A DNA stretch of 64,000 nt. Origin: Bispira polyomma. Lineage: Eukaryota. This document shows, piece by piece, positions 37,612 through 51,290 of the stretch. The DNA lies in the NCBI GenBank assembly GCA_965649765.1, contig OZ287751.1, forward strand, positions 20,026,001 to 20,090,000, written 5' to 3'. Under the pieces are notes generated by a model. It was not told where the DNA came from and did no database searches. It saw nothing but the letters and a program-made list of their open reading frames with translations. The stretch's first letter is position 1. The number at the start of each line of letters is the position of its first letter. A program made the translations under genes and the position numbers.

Positions 37612-40600
37612 TATAAAAAAATTAATACAATGTATATGAAAAGCTATTTGATGTTTTTGAAGCCTTATCTGTCCTTTAACTTTAAATTGGTAAAAAGTAG
37701 AATTATAAGTAAATATTATAAGACTGTGATGGCCTGTGTATGTTTCTACTTTGCACAGTTAAACCTCTGATTTACGTTTTACATGGACAACAATCTGTAG
37801 TCGCTGTAAGCTATTTTCTTTTAAAATCTACCCTGTTAAGTGGAAATCCAGCTTAAGTGGAACTGTATCTCCTTGACTCTTTAGGTTTGAATTAAAAGGG
37901 ATTTATCTGTACAATTCAGTCAAATACTTTATTTGCCCCCTGTCAATTAAAATTAATTTTAAGACATAAGGATATGTGCCCCTCTTTTATGGCTCATTCA
38001 CACTACAATGAATGCAGATATACAGATTCGTTGGTTCTTATAAATTAAGGTGGGTGTTCACACTGCACTAAATCGAGATATTGACCCAGAAATTCTGTTG
38101 GGTTCAAAAGTTTGCACAAATCTTTACTTTTTCAAATTTTCACACAAATATTTAAGAGAGATAAATAAAAGCATGTGAAAAAAATGATACCCTCTAAAAC
38201 ATAGGAAAAAAGTGACACAGGTGCGCATGATTCCAACGAAGATTTTGTCTGTGTATATGTCTCTTGCAAGTGTATAAAATTTGGTTCTGTGTATATTGCC
38301 GAATATGTTGATCAATCTGTGCAGTGTGCATGAGCTATGTAAACTTTTGGTATAGTCTTATGTCTGGTTTAATCTAGAAAGAGAGAGACAACATTCACAT
38401 CATCTATCATGATCTTTCATGACAGCATTGACTGCTGTTTATTTGCTTGTAGTTTTTAAATAACAAGTGGTATATTATATATGGTTAAAATAAAACATCA
38501 GGGACTCCATAGAATTGGGTCACAAAACAAACCCCTCATAAAACCTTTACCTGAGTTCTCTATAGGGTTGTTCTCTCTAAGCCTAGGCTTCCTTTCAGCC
38601 GATATTGATAAATAATCTGGGGATTTACTTTTGTAAAACCCAGCAACTGTAAAACAAACCATGCTTGAAATTTGACGAAAAAACACACCACTACTTGACC
38701 GACAACATCCGACGAAATTGAAATATTGAATAGTGCATATTGGCTGAAAGAAAGCGTAGGTTTAAATTCTATTTATAGCTCAAATCAGACTTATATCTGT
38801 TGTATCAATATATCTTGATAGAGTGAAGTTAAATCAAATCTGACTGCATATTTGAATTTAGCACTACATAACTACACTCTACTTCCTAACTAAAAATTAA
38901 AGGGGGTGGATAGGGGGAAGATGGTGGGGGGGGGGTCAGAGTTACTCTGGATAGCCTTGTCGAAAGGCAAAGATAGAAATACATGTATACTAATTGTCTG
39001 CCGGCATTTGGCCAATTTTCAAATCTGCTGTCATTTTCTTGCAAAATATGATTGCTTCATTATAAGGATATTTGGCTGACATTCATTTTTCGTTTTTTTT
39101 TTAAAAAATCTGCGATTATAACATGATCATAAAAGTACAAACAATCAGCCATCCATACTTTCCAACACATTGCAATCTGAACAGATCACAATTTCTGACA
39201 AAAACACATTCACAGACAAATCTGGATGTAATACAAATGCAAATTTTTAAAAGCTTGTCTAGCTGATCATTATACAGTAGAACCTCCTTTATCCAAATTT
39301 CTGTTATTTAAATATTCAATTTTATGCACCCAATTTTACTCTCCAGATTTACATTGTCCTATTGTTTCATATGAAAAACCTCTTCTATTTTACAAACCTT
39401 CTATTATCCAAACAAAATCTTGCTCTTCCAACATGTTCCGATATTAGAGGTTTAAATTGTATTTATCATAGTTTTTATTTTGTAAATTTGTCCAAATGTC
39501 TCACAAAGATACATGTATGTACATACATGTATTCAGTTTTACCATGAAATGCAGTTGCCTGAATATCAAGAGTTTGTTGCTGCTACAATAAATAGACAAA
39601 CGGCGGACAATTTGATGATCGACTTCATTTCGTCAATCATCAATGATTTTTGGCTCTGGTTGTGTTTTTTTTTGCTCCTTAAAATTTTTTATAATTAAAA
39701 TAAACACTAAAAAAAGTCTCATATAATACTACTAAAAATAATAATAATAATACAGACAAAGCTCCATTGTCCAAACTTCTATTATTCAAACATTCAAATT
39801 TATGAACATTCTATTATCCAAACAGATTATCGCTCCCCTAAGATATATTCAGACCTACTCAGTTCTTCTGAGGAGAGTATACAGTAGAAAGTTCTATTGA
39901 TCCAAACTTCTATTTTCTGAATATTCAATTATATGAACACATGATGTCTACTCTCCCAAATTTACTCTTGCCTATATTGTTTTGTACAGAAATGCCTCTT
40001 CTATTGGATGCACCTTCTATTATATGAACAAAATCTCGCTCTCCCAACATGTTTGGATAATAGAAGGTTCTGTACATCTGACTTAACAAATTCTTCTTGT
40101 ACATGTAAGGCCACTAAATTTCTACTAAACTGAATCTGCACTTACAGTCGGAAGCTGTTTTTAGTGTACGTCTCCAAAAAGTACCATTTTTGCCAAACCA
40201 TGTACAAGTTGCGATGGCGTTTTGTTTTTTCCTTGTAAGTTATATTGAATTATCCCCACACACACAAAGCCACTGAATTACTTGCGATTGCAAAAAATGT
40301 TTTTGCTCCTGAAGCGGAAATTTTTGCATTGGACACAAAAATCGCACAGAAGTGGTGTCATAAACAATATTAAATCAATTAAAAGTCATGTAATCCCTGT
40401 ACCAAATCACACTGTAGAGACACAAACCATAAATATGCATCGCAAATGGTACGATCGTACATCACCTTGACTGTATCATCACCTACTTAACAGGTAATCC
40501 CACTTATCTGAGTTCTACCTTAAGGGGTTTGAGTGTACATCTAGTAGATATTAGTCTGTTAAAATTGGTTGGGTTTATTAACGCCAGAGAGCCTTGAAAC

Positions 40601-41747
40601 AAGACTAGGTCTAAACTGAAGTTAAAATCTGGACAGTGTTTTTTATATCCATGAATAAGAAGAAGGTTTCTATAGGATCATTGGGACCTTATAGCTTGTT
40701 GATTCAGGTTGTGTTAGTATTGCCTCTTCTTACTTCAGATTGTGTATTTACATATCAGTGGTGCATCACCCCTAGTCTGCCTTCTGTGGTTTCATCCCAC
40801 AGTCAGCCTGTGGTTTCATCAGGTATAGGCACTGGGTGTTATTATAGAGTGTGAAATCTGGACTTCATTGAGTGTGTGATCATGCATGCTTTTTCACTGG
40901 CATGCACTGATACAAAAGTAGGGGAATATATTATAGGTGGGCTTACTAGGAAAAGATGGAAAGAAAAAAGGGCATGTGTTGTCATGCAGTGGAAAGTTTG
41001 TGCATTGCTGTTATGGGAACAAGAATTAAGGACCAATAGGAAAAGTGTTTCTTGTTGAGATGTTAGTTGACATAAACAGTTGAAATGGTGGAAGTAGCAA
41101 GAAATAATAGTGAATAATAAAGGATATTTAGACTTTGTCCGTTTAAATGATGCAGTGTGTTAGAATGTTATGGCAGTGACGCAATCTAAATGCAAAAACT
41201 CTGCTATCTTGGGTGTAAATTATTACAAAACAATTACCTACTTCATTTATAAATCATTTAGATAAGGAGTAATCAATGTGTCTTTTTTCAGATAGACTCT
41301 TTCAATATGGATTTTGTGTTATTGATTTCATATGGAGTGATAATTGAGGGAGATCAATAACAATTGATTCTATTCTAGATATGAAGCTATTGTTTTTAGT
41401 GACAAAGTGAAGTGTTGTTGTAATCATTGATTACGTGACAATCTGGATTATCTCACTGGATGTATATATGTTACAATATAAATGTGGAGATATACCCTAC
41501 ATATGTGTGGTAAATAGTGTGCGATTCTATAAATTGTATTTAGTCATGGATATGGAAAGGAAAATGTACAGTAAACCATACAAAATGTAGAATAGGATGA
41601 TATGTAAACACAGGACTTTATACTATCTAAAATGGATATAATCGTACAGGTAATTACTGGCATACAGAAATACTGTAACTGACTCCTAATAAAAGGTATG
41701 AAACAGAAGCGGACGCAGGGATTGTATTTGTGTCCTAAACATAAACC

Positions 41748-41955
41748 ATGTCTTCCTGTCCACCCAATAAGCCTGAGGCTAAATTGGCCAATCAAATCTA
41801 TGTGATTGTAGAGGCCAAGGTGGTACATAGGAAGTGTCCGGATGGCAGTCTTGTTAAGGCAGAACTTCCTGTGTGTGGGGAGAAGGTCGACGTTCCCAAT
41901 TGCATCAAGGACATCCATGCCCATGTGGTACAGTCTGGTGCCGCGGTAATGCCAG
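41748..41955 (+). CDS. PLEKHG4: ARHGEF40/PLEKHG4-family RhoGEF exon preceding the CRAL-TRIO domain (own ATG at 41748, or internal acceptor with exon start at 41812)
   Basis: ...IKDIHAHVVQSGAAVMP G|gtatgt (phase 1) joins the next exon to give SGAAVMPGCRDRRGG, the family SG.A.LPG.RD..G motif. The 5' boundary is uncertain. Confidence 0.82.
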
Positions 41956-42000
41956 GTATGTGTTCTGTAGAATTCAGGAGGTTTTGTCACATTGTCGTTA

Positions 42001-42847
42001 CGGTAACCAGAGGTTTCTCGCTCCACGGCGATTTCGCTCCAAGGAGGATTTGCTCCAAGTATAGAGAGGTTTCCCCCCTTTTTATAGTGTTATTTTGACA
42101 ACATATATATAAAAAAGCGATATAAAAATAATGCCGATTATTTATAAATAATTAATGGTCATAAAAATTCGGGAAAATTATGGGAGCTAACTTATTTTAT
42201 CGTGATTTTTGCACTCTTTGTTGCATCAAAATCCGTTGAGAAGTAGCTGAGATATTTGAGTTTAAATATAGCTACCCATTTTTATATGTGCGTTTTTATA
42301 TTTGTTCCTTTTCACTATCTTACGTGTCACGGAAATGACTGTATACTTTCGTCAGTTGTTGTTAGTGATATATGGATATTTGATGGTGAACACTTTAAGG
42401 AAACATGATAAATAATAGACTAAATTCAAGGTAAACAATTGATATACACTGCTGTACGTTTTTCTTTAATTATAAAAATAAGTGACAATATTTTAACACA
42501 GAAGGCATATATTCATAACATGGAGTGAATCCTCCATACTTTTGGAGTGAATCTGCCGTGGAGCGAAACCTCCTGTATTCATTGTTACGACCATTTGAGG
42601 GTCCGCTGTAAAACTTTTAGAGGATTCGCCCTAAACCTGTCTGAGGGTTTGTCCTAAAAAATTAAAATAAAATTGAAATTTAGGTGAAGTATTCATATAG
42701 ATACAGCCGCTTTCATCAGTTTCGTGAAGATAACGCTTTAATATTTTGAGTCGTTTTTTTGGAGCGAATCCTCCGTGAAGCAATAAGACAAAAAATATAT
42801 ATATTATGTGTAGCGAATCCTCTGTGTAGTGAATCCTCTTGTTACTA
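42001..42847. mobile_element. DNA-transposon/MITE cluster with subterminal GAG(C/T)GAA(A/T)CCTCC repeats
   Basis: Ends CGGTAACCAGAGG / CCTCTTGTTACTA; repeated GAATCCTC and GAGGATT motifs on both strands. Confidence 0.6.
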
Positions 42848-45800
42848 TTCTGTAAACCAGTTTTGTTGTTGTCATGAATAAAGCAATAGAACTAGAGCTG
42901 CAATGAGTAGTAAGAATATCTTTTAAAAGGTATAGAAAATGACTCAATTGAGAAAAATTTTATGAGAATACATGTATATGTAAAACTGTTGATATCAAAC
43001 CAGGAAGGAGTACTCTTTTCATTATTTTGTACTCCAAATAGTTCATTACTCTATTTTTTTATGAGTACTCAAGTACTCTTTTGCAGCCCTACATAAAAGT
43101 GAATTAGAGGACATAAACTCGCTCTATGCATTGCGTAAATGACCTTGTGTTGCGTCAAAATCACACGCACTGGATAACATTGTGTGGAAAAGGTATAGGT
43201 AGGCTTTTTTTACGCATACGCAGTGTGTACACAATATAGATTTTTTTTGTGTAACGTCCTAACACAAAAATCTTTGTATAGTTTTATCATATTTTAACAT
43301 TTTATATGCATCTGGTGAGTTTGTAAATGTTTTGTTTATCCTGAACTGTTGAAAGCACACATATATCACATTTGATCACAATTGATATTCCAAATGAGGC
43401 CTTTTTACATGAAATTTTACACTGTCAACTAGAAATTTTAGACAAATAGAGAATTTATTCTTGTTCGTTCAGATTTGTACTTACAGAACTCAATTATTCC
43501 CATAAAAATAGAATAAAAGACAACAGTTAATAGACCAATATACTTTCTATCTGGAAAAAAAAAACGAACAATTGTGTAATTATGGAACATGTGTTTATTG
43601 ATGATTCATTGTACATATAACAATGTTTGTACAATACATGCACATTATACCACATATAGTGCTCTGTTTTTTTCTCAAATGTTTTGCCAGGGAGGCATTA
43701 TTTCAAATGTTAATAGATCTGGTCACTTTGTGTCAGCTATCCCACTGATTTGTAATTAAACCCATGAGCACTAATTGTTCTTCCTCACACTGTGACCACA
43801 TGATTCTATACAAATAAATTACTGTTTTCATGTCCCAGTATGGTTAGACAAAGCTGACAAGTGTCATCAGGGACATACTAAAAACAAAACCCTAGCCTTG
43901 TGGCTTTGAACACTATTCTGTTTCTTAGAAATTTAATGCCCTCTGAAATGATAAGAGGCTTGTAAAAGAGTAGAGTAAACCCATAATGCTCTTGATAATC
44001 TCAGTTTGAGGTCTCATCATGTTTGTGTACTTTAGGTAGTGTTGGGTTAGACAGTACTAGACACATCAGTTCCAAAACATATTGAATTCAAGGTCCAAAG
44101 ACTGCTTTATAACACTGCATGTATATATAATTATTCTCAGACAACCAAACAAAGAAAAAATGGTTACAGTAGGTGCTAGATGATCATTTTTGATACCCTA
44201 GATTTTGAGAAATACAAATGAAAAGGGCAAATATGTGAAGAATGTGAAATTTGAGTTTTTGTAATTACTTTCATGTACAATGTATTTCAATAGCAGATAT
44301 TGTAAAAGTGGAAATTGTCAGATGAAATTAATTTTAGCTATTGGCCTTGGATAGCAAAAATTAATTCCAGTGAATTTATTAAAAATACTAAAATTATAGT
44401 GAAAGTTTTCACAAATTTTGTATTTTGTTATAAAAACTTTTGAAAAACTATCCTTATCAAATTAAGAATGTAAAGTATTTCCAGTGTTCATGTCTTGTGA
44501 GCTTTTGTTTACAAAGTACTTTCATCACTTCAGTGATAACATCTCTTTGACATGCAAAAACTTATTGTCATAGATCTATCTGGATTGTAGAGATACACAC
44601 AAGCCTTGTCTAAGGCTTCACTAACCACACTAGTAACCTTGAAGAAAGACGGGTCACACTATTGCGAATTATAAAAGAGATTCTTGTGCGAGCGCTGTTA
44701 GGAGCCATTCCCATGTATTCGCCTCTTGGTTGAATGTAGAAGGGTTTGAATTTGCTGAGGACGCAAACGAGATCGCAGGGGCAGAATTTAGCGCCTTTGT
44801 GGTACTATATGCATCGCACATCGAAATATAGGATTTGTCTAAAGTTTTGCATGGTCTGCTATAAGTTGCTCATAGGAGGAGTGGTCATTCTAAAAATGCA
44901 AGGGTCGAGTTGACCATACATAGCCATTGCATAGATCGCACAGTGATTAAATTAGGATTGCCCTATTCGAGTACAACGTTCGTCCTGTGCACGCCTAATT
45001 AGATCCCCCATGTAAGCTATAAAGATAGGAATTAATACCTTCGCAAGAGAACAAGTTCTAGTTGTGTTAGGGGTGAGATGAGAAAGCAACTTGAACGCGG
45101 GTGAACGCTAAAAATCAAGAGCATCGCATAGATCGCCCCGAAATTGCTAGTTAATGTCTCCAAAGTGGGAGGCGTCCTTTAAATTTAGTAGGATGTAAGA
45201 TTTACGTTGCTATTATGGTATAATGCCTAGGCCGCACATTCAAAGTTTGTTGACCTGGATAAGCAGCATTTTCCACTTAACAGAGTACATTTTAAAGGAA
45301 AAGGCCTGTTCATGAGGGACTACAAATTTTTTCTCCACTGAAAAACAAAAATCAACTGAATAGAGTTTTACTTGAAGAGGTTTAACTACATGTATATCCA
45401 TAACTAAAGGTATAACAGTATATTAAACTAGGAATATGTCTCCCGACCAAAAATGCCCCCACCTCCCCTGGTGATACTTAAAACTAATGACACAATCCTC
45501 AGTAAAATTAGTTCTTTTTATGAATTATTCTATTATTTATAGTGCATCAGTGTTAACTTGTGGACAAATGAGGGTTAATAAGTATGTATGATAACTTCAG
45601 ACTAATTGAGTATGAGTAGAAGAGAGTTCATAAAATTGAATATTTGTGTAATAGAAGTACGGATAATAAACCTGTCACTGTACATGGTATGTGATCCAAT
45701 ATATTGCAATACAGTCAAACCCCTGATAAGTGGAAGTCACCTTTAAGTCAAAGTTGTTTTAAGATAACATAGCTATATTTTCTAATTAAAATTGATCCTG

Positions 45801-46493
45801 TTAAGTAGAATTTCTTTGTATCAGTAGAATACATTTTTATGGTATCTTCAGACTCAACCTAATAGGGTTACACTTTATGTATATTGTCGATACAATTAGA
45901 ATATCTCAAAAGATTTTCTGACACATACAAAAGCCCTATGTGTATGAGACGTTAAAAACTGTAGCTTTATGGGACAATATCAAAAACAAGAAATGTCAAT
46001 TCGGAAATTAGACCATTTTAAATATAATTTTTGGTGATTGGAAATCAAGATTCCCTTCTTCACTACTCAATATTATTTATATATCAGCAAAGCAGTATAT
46101 ACTTCACCACTCGAGAAAAAATTAAAATTTTAGGTTAGGGTGTTGGTCTGATGATGAGAAGGTCCCGGGTTCAATTACAAGTACCGACTGCTAGTTTCAT
46201 TTGGTGGGATAACCTCCTTTGTCAAGATTGGAATACAAGTTTGCCTATAGTGGCTCGGATGACCACTTAAAATGGCGGTAGTCCTCTGTCACTGAGTGCT
46301 ATCTCAAGTGGCAGATTCAAGATTTAAAGATCACGTTGATAAATGGTCATCCCTCAAGCCTCGGTGCCCATAGTGGCTGCCCATGAGGAAGTGCATTTGA
46401 AATGACCCTATGTTGTGTAAGTACTATACATGTATAACAAATGTCCCAGTTCATTTCATGTCAGCTTTGTGTTTTGATTCTCTCTTCTAACAG

Positions 46494-46617
46494 GTTGTAG
46501 AGACCGGAGGGGTGGCTCTGTCATTGTTATGTTCTGCAGACACCATGCCTGGGAAGAGGAAGGCTTTAACGCCACACAACTGGCTAAACTGCTGCTCTAC
46601 TATTATACAATTATCAG
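46494..46617 (+). CDS. PLEKHG4: RhoGEF exon, CRAL-TRIO/SEC14 domain start
   Basis: ttctaacag|GT...ATCAG|gtaagc, 124 nt, phase 1/2. (G)CRDRRGGSVIVMFCRHHAWEEEGFNATQLAKLLLYYYTII carries the GRDRRGG motif of Trio/DBS/PLEKHG4 SEC14 domains. Confidence 0.92.
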
Positions 46618-46652
46618 GTAAGCATGCAGCCCCAATAAAGTATCAGTGTTTA

Positions 46653-46984
46653 GTGGTTGTTTCCATGTAGACAATTTTCTGAAGGTGATGAGCCGATGGC
46701 AATTGTTTAGTTTCATTGATTTATACATGTATATGTTTCTATGTAAGCAATGCTGATAGGCGGCGTGTAATGTAAGGCACTCCTGGTAGCTAAAAAAAAA
46801 TCGCCTAGCATTGCATGTCACCGTGTAAACAGGTGATCTGTTACAGCTGATTAATATTAATCAGCAACACACACATTTCCTTCTAAATTCACCTGTAAAA
46901 TTAAAAAATTGCCGATTGCTGTCCAACATCGGCTAATTGCTGTCGCCTATTGCTGTCGCCTATTGCCTATATGGAAACGCAGAC
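46653..46984. mobile_element. PIF/Harbinger-type MITE (family with GTTTCCATG termini)
   Basis: TTA TSD. Other copies at ~12140-12450, ~13918-14017, 32181-32405, ~36870-37063, 48706-49167 (TAA TSD) and 50846-51290. Confidence 0.8.
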
Positions 46985-49656
46985 TTAGTTTTTCAGTTGT
47001 TTAAGATTTTTACTGCAAACCTGTCAGAGTGTCATTCTGGGGAAGAACAGCAAACTTTCCTTGACTGTTAAATTTGCATTTGATGACATGTAGAATTATG
47101 TACTTGTAAGTATGACATATATGGACGCAGTTCTTCTTTACACGAAGTGTACACAAAAACAATGTAAAAGCCTTTTAATCAGAGTACATGCAAGTATGTT
47201 AGTAGTTTCAATTCAGAGTACACGTCAACTGTTGTACAGTCAAACCTTTAAGTAGAACTCTTACAAGTGGAATTACCTGTTAAGTAAAAGTTATTTTAAG
47301 ATCTCATTGCTATATTTCTAATTAAAATGTTCTGTTAAGTAGAACACATTTTTATGGTCTCTTTTATATTTGAATTAACAGGGTTACACTGTAATAACAA
47401 TTTAGCTCTAACTGAAAGTTAGTTTTAAACTTCCTCTTAAAATATATGTGTATGCTGTAGTTAGTAAAGTTAGTTTAATGTTTTAAAGTGATTTAATCTC
47501 AGTATATCGTCAAAAAAATCTATCAGTATTTCCGAAAAATATATTCTACAAAACAAAGAAAAAAAGCTACTAATAGACCTTGAATGACAAATCATTCTCC
47601 GATTTTTTATAATTCAGTACAAAAGCAATAATTTTCAGAAAACTGCCGGAGCTAGTGAAAATTCATTTTTCCAGGCATAAAATGTTTGAGGACGAGTATC
47701 ATATGAATGAAATCTGTACAGCAAAACCAACTTTTGTAGTTATTGAGTAAAAAACCCATTAACCAATGAACTTCCAAACTGGTGGAGCGTAATGAGAATA
47801 GGTAAATGCAAACAGATGCTAATACATTTAATGTGTATGAGGTTGCATAAGCTTGACCATTTAATTTTCTGTCATTTGATCATGGTTTGGGGACTCCCAA
47901 GCAATAAGTGAAATGGGCCAATGAAAGCTGCAACAGGCATATTGATTTGAACAAAGAGAACTTGTCTCTCCCCCCCCCCCCCCCCCCCCCCCCCCCCTTC
48001 CTGTATTCTCCAAAGAAACTCGGCTGAATTCAGACTCCACTGAAATGAAAGGTTATGCGTTATATAGTCACTGTACATGGATATAAACTTTACTTGTAAC
48101 CATTGTTTTTAGCACTTAATTCAAATATTGTGTCCGATTTGACCTACATTTTAAAACTAGCCAGACTTAGAGGAGACATCATTAGATTTGAGCTCGAGTC
48201 TGAGTTTAGCTTGAGTTGTTTCCAACAACCAACTGGACCCCCACATTGTCCCAGTGGAATGTGTAGCAGTTCTTATTGCTACTCACTGCTTTCATGTGTT
48301 ATACAGTTTGGTCAGCTCTCTGATAGGGTAGTTTAATTTGTCCATGCTGTTTTTGTGTGGAATGATTGAAGAAGATAGATTGTAAACAAATGGAACTGAA
48401 AATGAATGGCTCTTTACTGGGATATGTGTATGTGTGTAGTCAGTAACTTCTGAAGTATTTGAAAGTAGGACAATAAAAGTAGTTCTGTTATATGAGCTTC
48501 TGTAACTTAATTACATGTCTTTTATTTCATCAAATCGTCACTGTAGTGGTTGTTTCCCCAAAATAAAAAGTTTTAAATTATTGTTTCTTTGACTTTTAGT
48601 TTTGTTTTCTGGAAGCACCTTTATAATATGAATGAGTTTTCACTTTCCCACAATTGTTTAGATGAAGACAGAATTAAAGATTCTTGTGTAGTAACGTTAA
48701 TCTAAGTCCACGTTTCCATGTCGGTAATCAGCAATTTTTATGTTTCCATGCAAGCAATTTTAGAAGGAAATGTTTTCATATGTATAAGTAGTAAATATAT
48801 ACTTTTACAATAATTCATTAGAATTAAAAATAATTAGAGCTATAGAAAGGCACAAAACATTAGCTTTATGGAGATACCAAAAAAACAAATTGGGTTGCAT
48901 ATTTACATAGATACAGCAATTTAATGAAGTAAACTATTAAAAGAATTGCATTTTGTAGTAACCTGATATCAAAAAAAGGCAATATTTACATGGCGATGGG
49001 CTATGCTAGACGATTTTTTCAGTGCCAGGAGCGAAAAAAAATTGCCTTGTATTACCCACCGCCTATCGGCATTGCTCTCATGGAAACAGATAGTTATAAA
49101 TTAATAAAACCAATAAAATTGCTGTCCGCTGATTGCCCAAGAAAATTGCCTGCATGGAAACATCCACTAAAGCTTATGGTAGTTTCTTGAGATTTGAGTG
49201 TAATTTTGTAGGTAGTAGATATATAATACAGTACAGCATTGATAGTATTATTTGTAGTTTTAGTTGGTTGTATGTAACACACTATAACCTCGATTATCCA
49301 GATATGTTAAGAAAGTGATAATTGTTTGGATAATAGAGTGTTCATTGAATCAATAGAAGATGTACATTTTAGTGTCAAATAGTAGCAAAATTTAAAATAT
49401 TTGAGGGAGTGAAATCAAGTTCAGATAATAGAAGTTCTGCTGTATATGTGGATATATATTACTGCAGCACAAAATCCCTTTGGCTTTCCATCTTGGATCT
49501 GAATGCAACACACAAGGGGCCGTATACCACCCCTAGGGCCGTATTCAGAAAAGGTCTTAGTATTAACTTAGTTTTAAGCTTAAGACTTTTGATTTTGACT
49601 GAAATGCTTGAGATTTTGGTCTTAGACAGAACTGATAGTAAGACGATGTCTGTGCA

Positions 49657-49848
49657 TGGATCACTTCGTAGATGGTCGCGCACCCCCCCGTCAATTTGAT
49701 GTATTGTGGGTAATCTCTGGGGTAAACAAAGTTTTGAATTTTCCGTTATTCTTCTGAAACATCCATTCAAATCTTTTTTATGTTTATCGCAAAGATTACC
49801 CACAATACATCAAATTGACGGGTGCGTGACCATCTACGAAGTGATCTA
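49657..49848. mobile_element. Fold-back MITE with ~55-bp TIRs, nested in another MITE (~49537-49975)
   Basis: GATCACTTCGTAGATGGTC...TCAATTTGATGTATTGTGGGTAATCT and its near-perfect reverse complement. Confidence 0.85.
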
Positions 49849-50287
49849 TAGTGTTATCTTTGCACTTAACACTAGAAAACTAAAAGTAGGCAGTCTTAAA
49901 TATTTTAGACATAAATGCTAGGTTTAAAAATAAGTTAATAAGTTAAGAGCTTAAGACCAAGATTTTTTCTGAGTCCCTTGACGCAGGCCGGATCTGGATC
50001 ACGGATCTGTAAAAGTTTGACACAAATAAAACCATGTGAGCATTCATATCAGGATCCGGACCAAATTTACACTGATTTTATTTCTAATTTATCGTATTGT
50101 AGGGTATCCGGATCCCTATTAAATACCTGCAACGTAGCTTGAAATTTCACATAATTCGGCCGGATTTTCTGTCCAATGTGAATAGGAAACAGATAATACC
50201 TGTTTTTGGATAATTTTACGGATCCAGATGCGGCCTGGTGTGTTTTTACCTTAAATCTATTTTTTGTGTGTGTATGTGTAATTCCAG

Positions 50288-50492
50288 TGAAGAAAGAAGA
50301 AGTCTTGGTCTGACCATCATAGTTGATGCCCAGGGTACCAGTCTAAGCACGCTGAATGTCCTCCTACAGACCCTGTACAACCTGGAAACCAGTCAGCCTC
50401 AGAGCATCCACATAGTACACGTGCTAGCTGACAGGGTGGCCCAGTCCTTACTCTTCAAGTCATCAGTCTTTAGACCGCAGATGAATATTAAG
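50288..50492 (+). CDS. PLEKHG4: RhoGEF exon, CRAL-TRIO/SEC14 domain core
   Basis: ttccag|T GAA...AAG|gtgagg, 205 nt, phase 2/0. EERRSLGLTIIVDAQ...IHIVHVL carries the GLT.IVD motif. Confidence 0.92.
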
Positions 50493-50845
50493 GTGAGGGG
50501 TTTGTTCGTAAAAAATTATAAATTAGCAAGAATGTCCGGCCACTTAAAATGGCTGTCCTCTCTCACTGGTCACTCTGTCATTGCTATATTAAAGTGCGGG
50601 TTCATTAGAAAAAGCGATGAATTGGCAAGAGTGTCAGGTTTGTTTTATCATCCCTACTGCAAACATGTACCTTGCAGGGATGTAATGATGGACTTCCATG
50701 TCTTCCTTTGTTTGTCTTACTCCCTCTGGGAACAGAATACTGCTCGGATTGCAATTATGAATTTATTAACATATAGTCACATCTGATTGCTAGTTAATCA
50801 AACTATACAAAGTATGTACCAGCCAACTTATTTGCCTTTCAGTAA

Positions 50846-51290
50846 GTGAGCGTTTCCATGCAGGCAACTTTCTGAGGCGATCAGGCGACGGCCGACGGCG
50901 ATTCTATCAGTTTCATTGATTGAAAACCAAGTGTTTCCATGTGAACAACGCCGACAGGCGACAGGCAATGCCAGGCGATTTTTTCGCTACTAGGAGCGAA
51001 AAAAATCACCTGGCATTGCCGTCGCCTTGTAAACATTGCCGATGTTTTTGTAATAACTCCAAAAATTACTGAAGGTATAAATTTCATAAAAATATGGTGA
51101 GGAAGCTTATTTTATCGGGTATATTGTGCTTTTTGTTGCATCAAAATCGGTTTAGAAATGGTTAAGATATTCAGGTTTAAATACAGGTATCTATTTTTTC
51201 CAAATAATTGTATAGAAACATAAAAATTGAAAATTGCCTGTTAAACGTCGGCTGGTCGCCTCACAAAGTTGCCTGCATGGAAGCGCTCAC
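50846..51290. mobile_element. PIF/Harbinger-type MITE, best-preserved copy
   Basis: ~45-bp TIR GTGAGCGTTTCCATGCAGGCAACTTT.TGAGGCGA with TAA TSD on both sides. Confidence 0.88.

Noticed and set aside
41544-42026. 160-aa minus-strand ORF as a nested antisense gene
   Set aside because: The + strand frame carries the family motif (SGAAVMPG|CRD) and a phase-matched donor, so the minus ORF is its shadow and starts inside a MITE.
47968-47997. Long poly-C/poly-G runs (also ~60761, ~60860, ~60925, ~63659) as functional G-quadruplex elements
   Set aside because: Simple homopolymers of a kind common in such genomes; no supporting context, and lengths are error-prone.
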